A model generated the notes under the pieces. That model had not been told where the DNA came from. It saw nothing but the letters and a program-made list of their open reading frames with translations, and did not search any database. 64,000 nt of DNA from a virus, in IMG/VR virus record IMGVR_UViG_3300024255_000002, one strand, 5' to 3'. Shown piece after piece: positions 55,545-64,000 of the stretch (position 1 is its first letter; each line of letters begins with the position of its first letter). The position numbers and the translations under genes are program-made.

Positions 55545-55987
55545 AAATACTAGTAATGGGTTTACCGGGTTCTGGCAAATCATATCTATCAGAAAAACTT
55601 ACAACAAAATTAAAAGCAGTATGGTTAAATGCTGATAAAGTTAGAGAAGAAGCTAATGATTGGGATTTTAGTCCAGATGGTAGAGTAAGACAAGCGAATA
55701 GAATGTGGTTATTATCACAAAAGGCAGTAGATGCAGGTAAGAATGTCATTGCTGATTTTGTTTGCCCAACACCTAAGACAAGAGAAGATTATAACGCTGA
55801 TTATATTATTTGGGTTGATACAATTAAAGAAGGAAGATTTGAAGATACAAATAAAATGTTTGTACCACCTGAAGAATATAACTTTAGAGTGCCTACACAA
55901 AATGCGGAGTTATGGGCAATTAAAATAGCTGAAAAGATTTCCGCTACTGATATTAGAGCCAAAATGAGAGAAGATGGGAAACTATGA
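55541..55987 (+). CDS. Adenylylsulfate kinase (CysC)-like P-loop kinase, apparently internally deleted
   Basis: GLPGSGKS, LNADKVR, DWDFS..GRVRQA, ADFVCP; orphan ISATDIR tail. Confidence 0.75.
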   Translation: MKILVMGLPGSGKSYLSEKLTTKLKAVWLNADKVREEANDWDFSPDGRVRQANRMWLLSQKAVDAGKNVIADFVCPTPKTREDYNADYIIWVDTIKEGRFEDTNKMFVPPEEYNFRVPTQNAELWAIKIAEKISATDIRAKMREDGKL

Positions 55988-56682
55988 TAAACATTTTTAT
56001 AGGAATGGATAGTAAAGAGAAAGTCGCATACAATGTTTTAAGTTATAGTATAATAAAAAATAGTACTAAACCTGTTGCAATAACACCAATCTATCTTCCT
56101 AATATTAAAGATGACTTTGTAAGAGAAAGAGGTAATCTTTCATCAACAGAATTTAGTTTTAGTAGATTTATGATACCACACCTTATGAACTATCAAGGAT
56201 GGGCATTGTTTATGGATTGTGATATGTTAACGTTTGATGATATAAATGAGTTATGGAGAATGAGAGACGACAAATATGCCATACAAGTTTGTAAACATGA
56301 TTATACACCTAAACATAAAACAAAGTTTTTAGGACAAACACAAACAGCATATCCTAAAAAGAACTGGTCTAGTTTTATGTTAATGAATTGCAGAAAATGT
56401 ACATCACTAACACCTAACTTTGTAAATAGAGCAAGTGGTTTAGAACTACATCAATTTAAATGGTTAGAAAACGACAATCTAATAGGTGACTTACCACTAG
56501 AGTGGAACTGGTTAGTCGGTGAATATGATTTTAATCCCGATGCTAAGAATGTTCATTACACTTTAGGTGGTCCTTGGTTTAAAGAATATGAGACATGTGA
56601 ATATTCTTATGATTGGTTTGAAACAGAAAAAGAATGTAATAATTATGATAGTAGGATTTGGAACAAGAAAAGTAACGGATGA
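55984..56682 (+). CDS. Glycosyltransferase (GT-A)
   Basis: STEFSFSRF, FMDCD, KNWSSFML, WNWLVGEY, HYTLGGPWF. Confidence 0.8.
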   Translation: MINIFIGMDSKEKVAYNVLSYSIIKNSTKPVAITPIYLPNIKDDFVRERGNLSSTEFSFSRFMIPHLMNYQGWALFMDCDMLTFDDINELWRMRDDKYAIQVCKHDYTPKHKTKFLGQTQTAYPKKNWSSFMLMNCRKCTSLTPNFVNRASGLELHQFKWLENDNLIGDLPLEWNWLVGEYDFNPDAKNVHYTLGGPWFKEYETCEYSYDWFETEKECNNYDSRIWNKKSNG

Positions 56683-57508
56683 AGTAATAAAACCTTTTGT
56701 TGAGAATGAAGGTGGAATATTTTACAAGTCTTCTACAATAATGGTTGATAAGTTTGATCAAGCAACCTGGCCTAAATTTAACACCTCATCTTTTAAATTA
56801 AATAAACCAGATGTTGCTGTGTTTGGTATACTAAGAGGTACTGAAAGAAAGCTTTATGATTGTAAAAGATTAGGATTAAACTACTATTACTTTGATCATG
56901 CTTATTTCTTTAGTGGTCATAAACTACATGAACATACAAATTTTAGAGGATACAGAATAACAAAGAATGGTGAGGCACAGACAAAGATATTAAAACTTAC
57001 ATTGCCTGATATACACAGAATACAAAAGTATAAACAACCACACTTAAAAGAATATATTGAATTTACTGATAGTGTTCCTGGTAATAAGATAGTAATAATA
57101 CCACCAACTGAAGCAGTTGCTAGATTTTATAAACTTGATGTAAACAATTGGATAGATGATAAAATAAAAGAAGTCAGAAAATACACAGATAAACAGTTTA
57201 TTATAAGACTAAAAACATCAACACATCCTTTAGAAGAAGATTTGCAAAAGGCATTTGCAGTTGTAACATATCAATCAACAGTAGGTATAAAATCAGTTAT
57301 GAGAGGTATTAGAACTATTTGTGATGACGTTTCAATGTGTAAACCTGTATCTATCAAAATAGAGAATATAGAGAAAGACTATATAAGAGATAGGGACAAA
57401 GAACAGGCATGGATTGATAGTTTATTAGCAAGTCAATTTACAATGCAAGAAATAACAAATGGTATTGCCAAACAAGCAATAGATAAATTATATGATTATA
57501 ACACATGA
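56567..57508 (+). CDS. KpsS-like glycosyltransferase-like protein (likely start about 56645)
   Basis: FGILRG, YFDHAYF, IVIIPP, IRLK, YQSTVG. Confidence 0.55.
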   Translation: MVLGLKNMRHVNILMIGLKQKKNVIIMIVGFGTRKVTDEVIKPFVENEGGIFYKSSTIMVDKFDQATWPKFNTSSFKLNKPDVAVFGILRGTERKLYDCKRLGLNYYYFDHAYFFSGHKLHEHTNFRGYRITKNGEAQTKILKLTLPDIHRIQKYKQPHLKEYIEFTDSVPGNKIVIIPPTEAVARFYKLDVNNWIDDKIKEVRKYTDKQFIIRLKTSTHPLEEDLQKAFAVVTYQSTVGIKSVMRGIRTICDDVSMCKPVSIKIENIEKDYIRDRDKEQAWIDSLLASQFTMQEITNGIAKQAIDKLYDYNT

Positions 57509-58304
57509 TATACCTTGGAATAGTTGTTTATCTAAACAGTTATTTCCAGCAATAAAAAAAGGTTGGAAAGACGAGAACACTCCTATACATTTTTTTTGGG
57601 GATTAGGTGGACAAAATGTTAAAGGTATTAGAGAGTGTGTAGAGAAAAAAGAACAGTGGTATTATGTTGATGTCGGATACTTCACACAACAAATAACAAG
57701 ATATCCTAGTCCTAAAATACATGATTACGATAAAACATATTTCAGAATAGTAAAAGGTGGATTACATACTATTAGAGGTGCAATGGGTAATGGTGCCAGA
57801 GTTACTGAATTAGAAAGAAAAGGAATAGATGTAAAATTTAAAGGTTGGAATACAGGTGATTGTAACCATATATTATTATGCCCTTCTTCTCCTACAGTTA
57901 CCTATCACATAAATGGTATTACACAGGAAGAATGGATACAACGAGTAACAGATGAAATTCAAAAACATACTGATATGAAAATTGTTGTAAGGCAAAAACC
58001 AAGACCTAACAATTCTGAATGGGGAACAGATATAAAAGATAGATTAGAAAGAACTCATTGTATAGTTACAAACATGAGTCTGGCTGCAATAGATGGTATT
58101 ATGAATAGAGTACCTGTAATATGCCATCAATCTAATATTGCAAATTTTGTAAGTAGTAGAAGTTTGAAATATATTAAAAAACCTATGAGACCTGGAAGAA
58201 AAACAGTTGAGTCATGGATTAAAATGGTTGTAGAAAATCAATTTACAATAGATGAGATAGAGAGAGGACTTGCTTGCAAGATTTTAAAACAACAAGATGT
58301 ATAA
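57492..58304 (+). CDS. KpsS-like glycosyltransferase-like protein
   Basis: YYVDVGYF, ILLCPSS, VRQKP, MSLAAID; paralog of the previous gene. Confidence 0.55.
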   Translation: MIITHDIPWNSCLSKQLFPAIKKGWKDENTPIHFFWGLGGQNVKGIRECVEKKEQWYYVDVGYFTQQITRYPSPKIHDYDKTYFRIVKGGLHTIRGAMGNGARVTELERKGIDVKFKGWNTGDCNHILLCPSSPTVTYHINGITQEEWIQRVTDEIQKHTDMKIVVRQKPRPNNSEWGTDIKDRLERTHCIVTNMSLAAIDGIMNRVPVICHQSNIANFVSSRSLKYIKKPMRPGRKTVESWIKMVVENQFTIDEIERGLACKILKQQDV

Positions 58305-58983
58305 TGTAATATGTGTTTATACTGGCACAAAGTATAATGTAAAATTTGTAAATATATTATATAATATGGTTGAGAGAAATCTATCAAAACCATTTAACTT
58401 CTATTGCCTAACAGATAATCAAGGACAGAAATTCAATTCAAATATAAAGTTGTTAGATGTGCCACAACCTGTTTTAAGAACATGGTGGAATAAAATGCAT
58501 TTGTTTAATCCAGCATTAAACATAGAGGGTAATATTTTATATGTAGATTTAGACGTAGTTATAACTGGTAGTTTAGATGAGTTTTTTACAGACTACAAAG
58601 ATGAGGATTTTTGTGTGATAAGAGACTTTGGACAACCAGATGCTATATTCAACTCTAGCGTGTTAAGATATAATATAAAACATCACAAACATATTTGGCA
58701 TACTTACATCGCAGACAAGATGAGATACCGAGGACACCATGGTGATCAGACAGTTATTACAGAAATAATGAAAGATAAACCAGAAACAAAGATCATGCCA
58801 GACGCATGGACATATTCATTTAAATGGCAAGAACGTGGTAAAATAGGTTCGTATATTAAAGATGATCCCACAGCACACCCATATAAACCTGGTTCGAAGA
58901 TATGCGTATTTCATGGCAACCCTAATCCTGACGAAGCAGTGAAGAATCGCAGTGGAAAATGGATAGAATCACACTGGTTCTAG
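58297..58983 (+). CDS. Glycosyltransferase (GT-A)
   Basis: WWNKMHLF, YVDLDVVI, NSSV, GDQ, VFHGNPNP. Confidence 0.8.
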   Translation: MYNVICVYTGTKYNVKFVNILYNMVERNLSKPFNFYCLTDNQGQKFNSNIKLLDVPQPVLRTWWNKMHLFNPALNIEGNILYVDLDVVITGSLDEFFTDYKDEDFCVIRDFGQPDAIFNSSVLRYNIKHHKHIWHTYIADKMRYRGHHGDQTVITEIMKDKPETKIMPDAWTYSFKWQERGKIGSYIKDDPTAHPYKPGSKICVFHGNPNPDEAVKNRSGKWIESHWF

Positions 58984-58988
58984 TAGAT

Positions 58989-59003
58989 GTTCACGTTTTG
59001 TTC
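58989..59003. promoter_or_regulatory. Alphaproteobacterial LexA (SOS) box-like site
   Basis: GTTC-acgtttt-GTTC (N7), with an extra GTTC at 58977-58980; 46 bp upstream of the -35. Confidence 0.6.
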
Positions 59004-59049
59004 TTCTTAAAAACCACAAAAACCCAGTAAAATCAACGTTTTTTAGTGC

Positions 59050-59078
59050 TTGACTTTTAAGCCTTTTTCATGTATAGT
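59050..59078 (+). promoter_or_regulatory. Early sigma70-type promoter
   Basis: TTGACT-N17-TATAGT; upstream block homologous to 7457-7518. Confidence 0.7.
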
Positions 59079-59080
59079 AT

Positions 59081-59590
59081 GTGTATATGACAAAAAAAAA
59101 CACTATGAAAAAACAAAAAGGTTTTAGTTTAGTTGAATTACTTGTAGTAGTCGCTATATTAGGAATATTATCATCTATTGGTATTGTATCTTATTCAAAA
59201 TTTACATACGGTGCCAAAATTACTGTAACACATAAGTTCCATGAACAAGTAAAAAAATATATTATTTCAGAAACAAATAAATGTGATGTAGGATTTGATA
59301 AGATTTTTGAGGCAGATAACGGAACTCATATCACTTGCAGTGAATTAAGTAGTAATTCAGGTTCTGCTTGGGATGGATTTGATATACAATTAATGAGAGT
59401 GTTCAAAGATACACCAAACGTTTGGGGCGCAGACCCTTTTAAAGAGGCATTAAATGTTGATTGGCACCCAAAGGCAGGTTATGTTAATGTTAGACACAGA
59501 GGTGGTGAAGTGCTAATGCAAACTTGTTTAGAAAAAACTTGTAAAGACAATTATAAAATTAGAGAAATGATACAAATTAATGGAATATAA
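59081..59590 (+). CDS. Type IV pilin-like protein (prepilin cleavage/methylation motif; likely start about 59105)
   Basis: KKQKG^FSLVELLVVVAILGILSSIG; C-terminal Cys pair. Confidence 0.88.
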   Translation: MYMTKKNTMKKQKGFSLVELLVVVAILGILSSIGIVSYSKFTYGAKITVTHKFHEQVKKYIISETNKCDVGFDKIFEADNGTHITCSELSSNSGSAWDGFDIQLMRVFKDTPNVWGADPFKEALNVDWHPKAGYVNVRHRGGEVLMQTCLEKTCKDNYKIREMIQINGI

Positions 59591-60032
59591 TATGAAGGAG
59601 AAAAACACTATGGAAAAAAATACAGACAAATACTTTCAATCTTTTAACGTTGTTTATAAGAGAGAGTACCGTGATCCTGAGGAAGGTTATGAAACTTTTT
59701 GGAGTTCATCTACTATGTACAGAAATGTACCTATCTCTAAGATTAAGTATTATAGAAAACAATTACTTAATTTTAAAGATTATGCAACCAAAATGTATAA
59801 TGAAGAAGCTAGTAACTTCACAGGTGCTACTGCTATTGAGATAATATATCCAGATGAATATTATCAAACATATGCAGATGTATTCGGTCCAGAAACGGCT
59901 GCTGGTGATAATCATTTATTTAATGATTTTGGTCAGTTGTATAATGGTAGACAAGGGTTTAGAAAGGACTTTGATTCCGACTTAACAAAAAATTATACAA
60001 CAAGAAAAAACTATATTTACAATTTAAGTTAG
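59580..60032 (+). CDS. Hypothetical early protein
   Basis: AGGAG SD and AAACACTATG start. Confidence 0.65.
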   Translation: MEYNMKEKNTMEKNTDKYFQSFNVVYKREYRDPEEGYETFWSSSTMYRNVPISKIKYYRKQLLNFKDYATKMYNEEASNFTGATAIEIIYPDEYYQTYADVFGPETAAGDNHLFNDFGQLYNGRQGFRKDFDSDLTKNYTTRKNYIYNLS

Positions 60033-60041
60033 GAGAAAACT

Positions 60042-60455
60042 ATGACAGTAGAAACAAACATAATATACACAGACAAAGACTTAGGTAAAAATCTCTATAG
60101 ACAAAAGAGATATTATACTTTAGTAGTAGAACAAGAAGTGTTGGCAAATAACCAAGAAGAAGCAGATAATAAACTTGTAGAACATGGCGGAATAAGTCAC
60201 TCTATGATTAATGCTGAAATTACAAATGAAAACGAGGGTGTTCAAACATATATGATAGATGCTAATTATTCAGACAGTGATAAAACTGAATACATGGGTA
60301 AAATAGTATATGAGGATGAGGAGTTTGCTAAAGAAGATGGTTTGGTTGAAATAGACAAATACATTGATGAAAATGCTTTAACTGATAGAGACAAAGAAGA
60401 ATCAGATATTGATGTGGCAATAACATTAGAAGCAGAAAATGAAAGAGGTAAATAA
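60042..60455 (+). CDS. Acidic hypothetical early protein
   Basis: AGGAG SD; D/E-rich. Confidence 0.65.
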   Translation: MTVETNIIYTDKDLGKNLYRQKRYYTLVVEQEVLANNQEEADNKLVEHGGISHSMINAEITNENEGVQTYMIDANYSDSDKTEYMGKIVYEDEEFAKEDGLVEIDKYIDENALTDRDKEESDIDVAITLEAENERGK

Positions 60456-60628
60456 TGACAACTAGAAACGCAGTAATAATAAAAGTAAGAAAGCATGGTC
60501 AAAAAGATTTTGAAACAGATAGTATCTATGTTGATCATATGCCAGGTTTTGAAAATAGAATCAAACAGCATATACAAAATGCAAAAGAAGACACTACCAA
60601 TGCTGAAGTGAGAATCGAAGACTTATAA
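60455..60628 (+). CDS. Small hypothetical protein (57 aa; not in ORF track)
   Basis: MTTRNAVIIKVRKHGQKDFETDSIYVDHMPGF...; TAATG-coupled at both ends. Confidence 0.65.
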   Translation: MTTRNAVIIKVRKHGQKDFETDSIYVDHMPGFENRIKQHIQNAKEDTTNAEVRIEDL

Positions 60629-60945
60629 TGAAAAAGAAAACAAAAGAACTGAATCAATCACACAACGCATGGATTAAGTCGTTAGGTGTTAATATTGATG
60701 TAAAGACAGGCAAAGTAAAGAAAAAAGAGTTTCGTGGTTGTGTTATGCCTAACTACAATGCAGATATTAACGGTGTTGAGAGAGTATCTATACCACTAGG
60801 TAACAGAATACCTGTAGGTTGTACTAAAGTGAAAATGCCCAAAGTACAACTTCCAGAAGGCAAAACCATAGGAATTGCGTATAATAAGGGGAATTATCAG
60901 ATAATTGATAGTGCCGACTTTAAAACAATGGGCAAAAAGGTGTGA
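60628..60945 (+). CDS. Hypothetical protein
   Basis: TIGIAYNKGNYQII motif; translationally coupled. Confidence 0.65.
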   Translation: MKKKTKELNQSHNAWIKSLGVNIDVKTGKVKKKEFRGCVMPNYNADINGVERVSIPLGNRIPVGCTKVKMPKVQLPEGKTIGIAYNKGNYQIIDSADFKTMGKKV

Positions 60946-60967
60946 CGTTTTAGCACACATAAACATG

Positions 60968-60996
60968 TTGACTTTGTGCTTAAACTATGATAGGAT
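60968..60996 (+). promoter_or_regulatory. Early promoter with an upstream GTGAC-N-GCAC box
   Basis: TTGACT-N17-TAGGAT; GTGACGTTTTAGCAC just upstream. Confidence 0.65.
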
Positions 60997-61031
60997 AAAG
61001 TCAATTAATAACAACAAAAGGAAAAAACACT

Positions 61032-61385
61032 ATGTTTGACAAAGATACAATATTTGCAGAATTTAATCATGCAAAACAAAAAGACTTAAAAATGTCTAAA
61101 AAGAAATCGCCGTATGAGTCTGTTTTTACAAACAGAATTGAGTTATTAAAATCTCATATTGAAGCAAAAAAATCGCATCCGAAATACTATAGAGGATGTA
61201 AGATAAACTTTGAAAACTTGTTACTTGCATATCAATCGCCAGTGCCAGTTGATCATTTTTATAAAGTCGGATTTAATATGTCTTATGCAGAATATCTAAG
61301 TCAGAAAAATGCCGAAGATAAAGATACAAAAGACGAAACGTATAATAACGAAAGAAGTAATGTTAAAGAAGTTACTTTTAATTAG
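61032..61385 (+). CDS. Hypothetical early protein
   Basis: AAACACTATG start. Confidence 0.65.
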   Translation: MFDKDTIFAEFNHAKQKDLKMSKKKSPYESVFTNRIELLKSHIEAKKSHPKYYRGCKINFENLLLAYQSPVPVDHFYKVGFNMSYAEYLSQKNAEDKDTKDETYNNERSNVKEVTFN

Positions 61386-61845
61386 TAGTTTAACTTTGTT
61401 GTTGAATCAGTGTGCTGTTAAGAACGCCGCTGTTTCAACATCAGGTTCAACTTTAGGTGCTATAACAGCAGGAGGAACTTGTGCCTCTGTTGTAAGTACT
61501 GATCCTGCTGTAGTGGGTGCGTGTGCTGTTGTTGGTGCCGTGCATGGTGCAGATCAGATATGGAATGATGATTTTAATGTTCATAAGAAGTTTTTTGTTG
61601 ACCATTTAATTGGTGCACCAAATAAACCGAATATAACAAATTGGTATAATCCTAAAACTAAAAGTTTTGGTATTATAAAAACAAACAATACTTGGTACAA
61701 AGGTCCTATTAAATGTAGAGACTACGAATCAACTATTAATATTACACCGTCTTGGCCAGTTGCTTACTTTGGTGGTCCTGTTAGAAGAACAGACTTTGGT
61801 ATTGCATGTATATTACCAGACGGAAGAGTGGAGATACAAGAATAG
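61360..61845 (+). CDS. Outer-membrane lipoprotein, 17-kDa surface antigen-like (glycine zipper)
   Basis: Lipobox LLNQC, Gly/Ala zipper, WYNP..K.FG, CRDY, GIAC..PDG. Confidence 0.7.
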   Translation: MLKKLLLISSLTLLLNQCAVKNAAVSTSGSTLGAITAGGTCASVVSTDPAVVGACAVVGAVHGADQIWNDDFNVHKKFFVDHLIGAPNKPNITNWYNPKTKSFGIIKTNNTWYKGPIKCRDYESTINITPSWPVAYFGGPVRRTDFGIACILPDGRVEIQE

Positions 61846-62429
61846 TGAAATTTGCAGACGAATTTATATCTTATTTGTTTTTAGTGTTAATTGTTACTTT
61901 GTTGTTAATGATGAAAGGTCATGCTTGTGTTGAGTGTGACCTTTCAGGTGATACCTATCCCATTGACAATATAAGTTTATCAACAGAAATAAAAGAAGAT
62001 ACAAATATACAAATGGCAAAGGTCAACATTGATGATATAAAAGTTAAACCTATCACAGATACAATAAAAGATAGTGACGTGGTTAAATCAAAAATCAAAG
62101 ATGTATTCATGCAGAATGGTCAATATTGTTTTATTGAAGTTGTTATTAAACAACAAGGTGATGATATTGTTAAAAAAGAAGTTATGAAATGTAGTGAAAC
62201 ACCTGAATTTGAGTCTGATAAAAAAGATCAAATAATTGAACAACTCAAAAAAGAAATAGAACTGGAAAAGGCTAGAAAACCAGGATATTGGGAGTTGTTT
62301 GCTGACTTCTATTATAGAGACGAGAACGCTCCTCTTTATTGTAGAAAATACTCTAGGCCCGACAGTTGGTTTAAAATTCCTGGAACTGCTTGTCTGAAAC
62401 CAACAGGAGAATGGAAGATAATAAAATGA
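61806..62429 (+). CDS. Exported hypothetical protein
   Basis: Hydrophobic N-terminus, several Cys; C-terminal GTACLKPTGEW echoes the previous gene. Confidence 0.6.
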   Translation: MYITRRKSGDTRIVKFADEFISYLFLVLIVTLLLMMKGHACVECDLSGDTYPIDNISLSTEIKEDTNIQMAKVNIDDIKVKPITDTIKDSDVVKSKIKDVFMQNGQYCFIEVVIKQQGDDIVKKEVMKCSETPEFESDKKDQIIEQLKKEIELEKARKPGYWELFADFYYRDENAPLYCRKYSRPDSWFKIPGTACLKPTGEWKIIK

Positions 62430-62593
62430 TAAGACTAATATTTACAGCGTCAATATTGTGGATTGCTGTTGCATTTACTTGGGATCCTTTTGTTACTGCT
62501 GTTGAGAAAACACAGGCTGTTGACAAAACGAAAGAAATAGTGTATAATGTAATTAATAAAGTGAAGGAGAAAACTAATAATGTTGAAAGTTAA
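62390..62593 (+). CDS. Small membrane protein (likely start about 62426)
   Basis: Single TM segment. Confidence 0.5.
   Translation: MSETNRRMEDNKMIRLIFTASILWIAVAFTWDPFVTAVEKTQAVDKTKEIVYNVINKVKEKTNNVES
62520..62548 (+). promoter_or_regulatory. sigma70 promoter
   Basis: TTGACA-N17-TATAAT. Confidence 0.7.
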
Positions 62594-63200
62594 TAAGTTA
62601 GTATTACTTTTTGTTGTAGGTTTAACGTTAGGTGCATGTAGCACTGGAACTTACAATATCAAAAGTGAGAAGAAAGATTCCGTTAGAAAAGTACCTGCTT
62701 GGTACATGGCGGATATTGCTGAAAGAAAAGCATGTGATAAGAAGATATACGGTGAATCAAAAGATAAACAGTGTATCTATGGTGTTGGAACAAGTGTTTC
62801 ACCAGACTTAGAACTTGCTATTGATAAGGCAAAGATGATTGCCAAGGCTGAAATGGCAGACATCATACAAGGTGAAATGAACAAAAAGATTAAAATTTTT
62901 GTTGCTGAGGTTGGTAAAACACAACAGAAAACTATTGTGTCAGATGTAGAGTCTGCTTTAGTGAACCAAATCTCTCAAACACCTGTTAGAGGATATGAAG
63001 TATTTGCTCAGGAAGTTACAATGACTAAGAATGGTTATTATCGTGCTTGGGTAGGTTTAAGATTACCTCTAGGTAACTTTAACAAAATGTATAACTATTC
63101 TGTTGATACAGTTGTGGATGCTTATAAGTTAAAACAACTTGCTGAAAAAGCATATGACAGTGTTGAAGTAGTAGAGGAACAAAATGGTAACAATTTATAG
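62580..63200 (+). CDS. LPP20-like lipoprotein
   Basis: Lipobox LGAC; VPAWY, YGVGTS, AIDKAKMIAKAEMA. Confidence 0.75.
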   Translation: MLKVNKLVLLFVVGLTLGACSTGTYNIKSEKKDSVRKVPAWYMADIAERKACDKKIYGESKDKQCIYGVGTSVSPDLELAIDKAKMIAKAEMADIIQGEMNKKIKIFVAEVGKTQQKTIVSDVESALVNQISQTPVRGYEVFAQEVTMTKNGYYRAWVGLRLPLGNFNKMYNYSVDTVVDAYKLKQLAEKAYDSVEVVEEQNGNNL

Positions 63201-63444
63201 TAAACCAAATTGCGTATTTTGTGATAAGTCTAAGGCCTTGTTAAAAGGCCTAGGCATTAAGTACGAAGAAAAAATGTTTGGTAAAGATTTTAATACACCT
63301 GAAGAACTATACGAAGCAGTAGGTAAACAGGTGAGAACTATGCCACAAGTTATTATTGATAATAAACATATCGGTGGTTATAATGAGTTAGTTGAATACT
63401 ATACAGACAAAGGATTAGTTAATTTTAAAGGTGAAAAGGTTTAA
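63184..63444 (+). CDS. nrdC: Glutaredoxin
   Basis: CVFC active site, TMPQV, IGGY. Confidence 0.9.
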   Translation: MVTIYSKPNCVFCDKSKALLKGLGIKYEEKMFGKDFNTPEELYEAVGKQVRTMPQVIIDNKHIGGYNELVEYYTDKGLVNFKGEKV

Positions 63445-63800
63445 TGTCAGTTGAAAATAATATAATAGATTTTCCTAAGAAGTTTAAAAGACAATCTACG
63501 GAAAAAGATGCAGAAATGCAAAAAAGAATTGCACAAGAACATCAAAAGATATTTTGTCAGGCAATGATGGATGAAATAACTGAAGCTATTTTAGTCAAGT
63601 TACATAGTGAAAACTTAAATGTAACAGGAAAAGATTTTTTAAAAGATTATAAACTTGTATCAGAGGCTATAAAATCTATGATGTATAGAACACAAGAGTT
63701 AAAACACGGATTGCAAGAAAGAGTTGATAGGGCAGTAACATCGACATATAATAAAAATAAAACTATCAACACAATATCGATAGACCTCGATAAGCTATAG
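63444..63800 (+). CDS. Conserved hypothetical protein
   Basis: NIIDFP N-terminal motif; coupled to the glutaredoxin gene. Confidence 0.65.
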   Translation: MSVENNIIDFPKKFKRQSTEKDAEMQKRIAQEHQKIFCQAMMDEITEAILVKLHSENLNVTGKDFLKDYKLVSEAIKSMMYRTQELKHGLQERVDRAVTSTYNKNKTINTISIDLDKL

Positions 63801-63890
63801 AATTCCATAAGGCACTTTGGAATAGATTGTATATGTGGCAAGTATATGATCTTATAATTAACGCCAACTATATAATAAAGGAGTGAATAA

Positions 63891-64000
63891 ATGTTTAAAT
63901 CATTATTCTCAAACGACTCATTAAAAGTCGTATCAAAATCAAAAAAAACTGTAACAAGAGGCAGAAAAACTTTGTCAAAAAGACAAAAAGTTTTAAACCT
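63891..64000 (+). CDS. Hypothetical protein, 3' truncated by window
   Basis: AAGGAG SD; MFKSLFSNDSLKVVSKSKKTVTRGRKTLSKRQKVLN... Confidence 0.55.
   Translation, partial: MFKSLFSNDSLKVVSKSKKTVTRGRKTLSKRQKVLN

Noticed and set aside
10462-59844. Short alternative-frame + strand ORFs nested in known genes (10462, 13934, 44624, 49793, 55731, 59650)
   Set aside because: Fully inside conserved genes, with no SD or recognisable motif
384-63841. All minus-strand ORFs in the track (e.g. 3955..4341, 7009..7455, 29448..29870, 47640..48182)
   Set aside because: They are antisense shadows of well-supported + strand genes, with S/L/F/I-rich composition typical of reverse-frame artefacts and no recognisable motifs
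1-64000. tRNA, rRNA or tmRNA genes
   Set aside because: No cloverleaf or T-loop in intergenic space; GTTCGA hits (about 47707 and 58892) lie inside CDSs. A tRNAscan/Infernal run would be needed to exclude them fully.
1-64000. Alternative genetic code or stop-codon reassignment
   Set aside because: Core genes are full length under the standard code, and TAA, TAG and TGA all serve as stops
1-64000. Cyanophage identity
   Set aside because: Core synteny is similar, but there are no photosynthesis genes in the window. Very low GC, bS21, def, csgF/G and alphaproteobacterial-type boxes favour a SAR11-like host, which remains an inference.

Overview
This window is a 64-kb, very AT-rich segment of a large T4-like myophage genome. 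It most resembles the marine Pelagibacter (SAR11) myophages and Kyanoviridae-like phages; the host is inferred, not shown. Essentially all real genes are on the + strand. It carries the T4-type replication and recombination core (uvsW, gp55, gp47, gp46, gp45, gp44, gp62, regA, gp43, uvsX, gp41, gp61, nrdA, nrdB, glutaredoxin). Host-like auxiliary genes include peptide deformylase, ribosomal protein bS21, pstS, hsp20, rubrerythrin, adenylate kinase, an ArfA-like peptide missed by the ORF track and a type IV pilin. There are three DNA methyltransferases, a cobT/cobS-like vWA/AAA pair, a block of probable capsid-internal proteins, a spanin/holin-like cassette, a curli-type (CsgF/CsgG/curlin)-FecR-CHASE2 adenylate cyclase module and a glycosylation island. 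The most notable observations are: (1) early promoters carrying alphaproteobacterial LexA boxes (GTTC-N7-GTTC) and RegA/PrrA-like boxes, suggesting a lytic phage wired into host stress regulons; (2) enzymes bearing T4-like capsid-targeting N-termini (ligase-like protein, adenylate kinase, dual nucleotidyltransferase polyprotein), suggesting an injected nucleotide/RNA repair kit; (3) the curli-FecR-cyclase module; (4) pstS flanked by a perfect 38-bp direct repeat; (5) widespread leaderless transcripts alongside phage translation factors. No tRNA, rRNA, CRISPR array, integrase or intron was recognised. All family assignments are from motif recognition by eye, not database searches.
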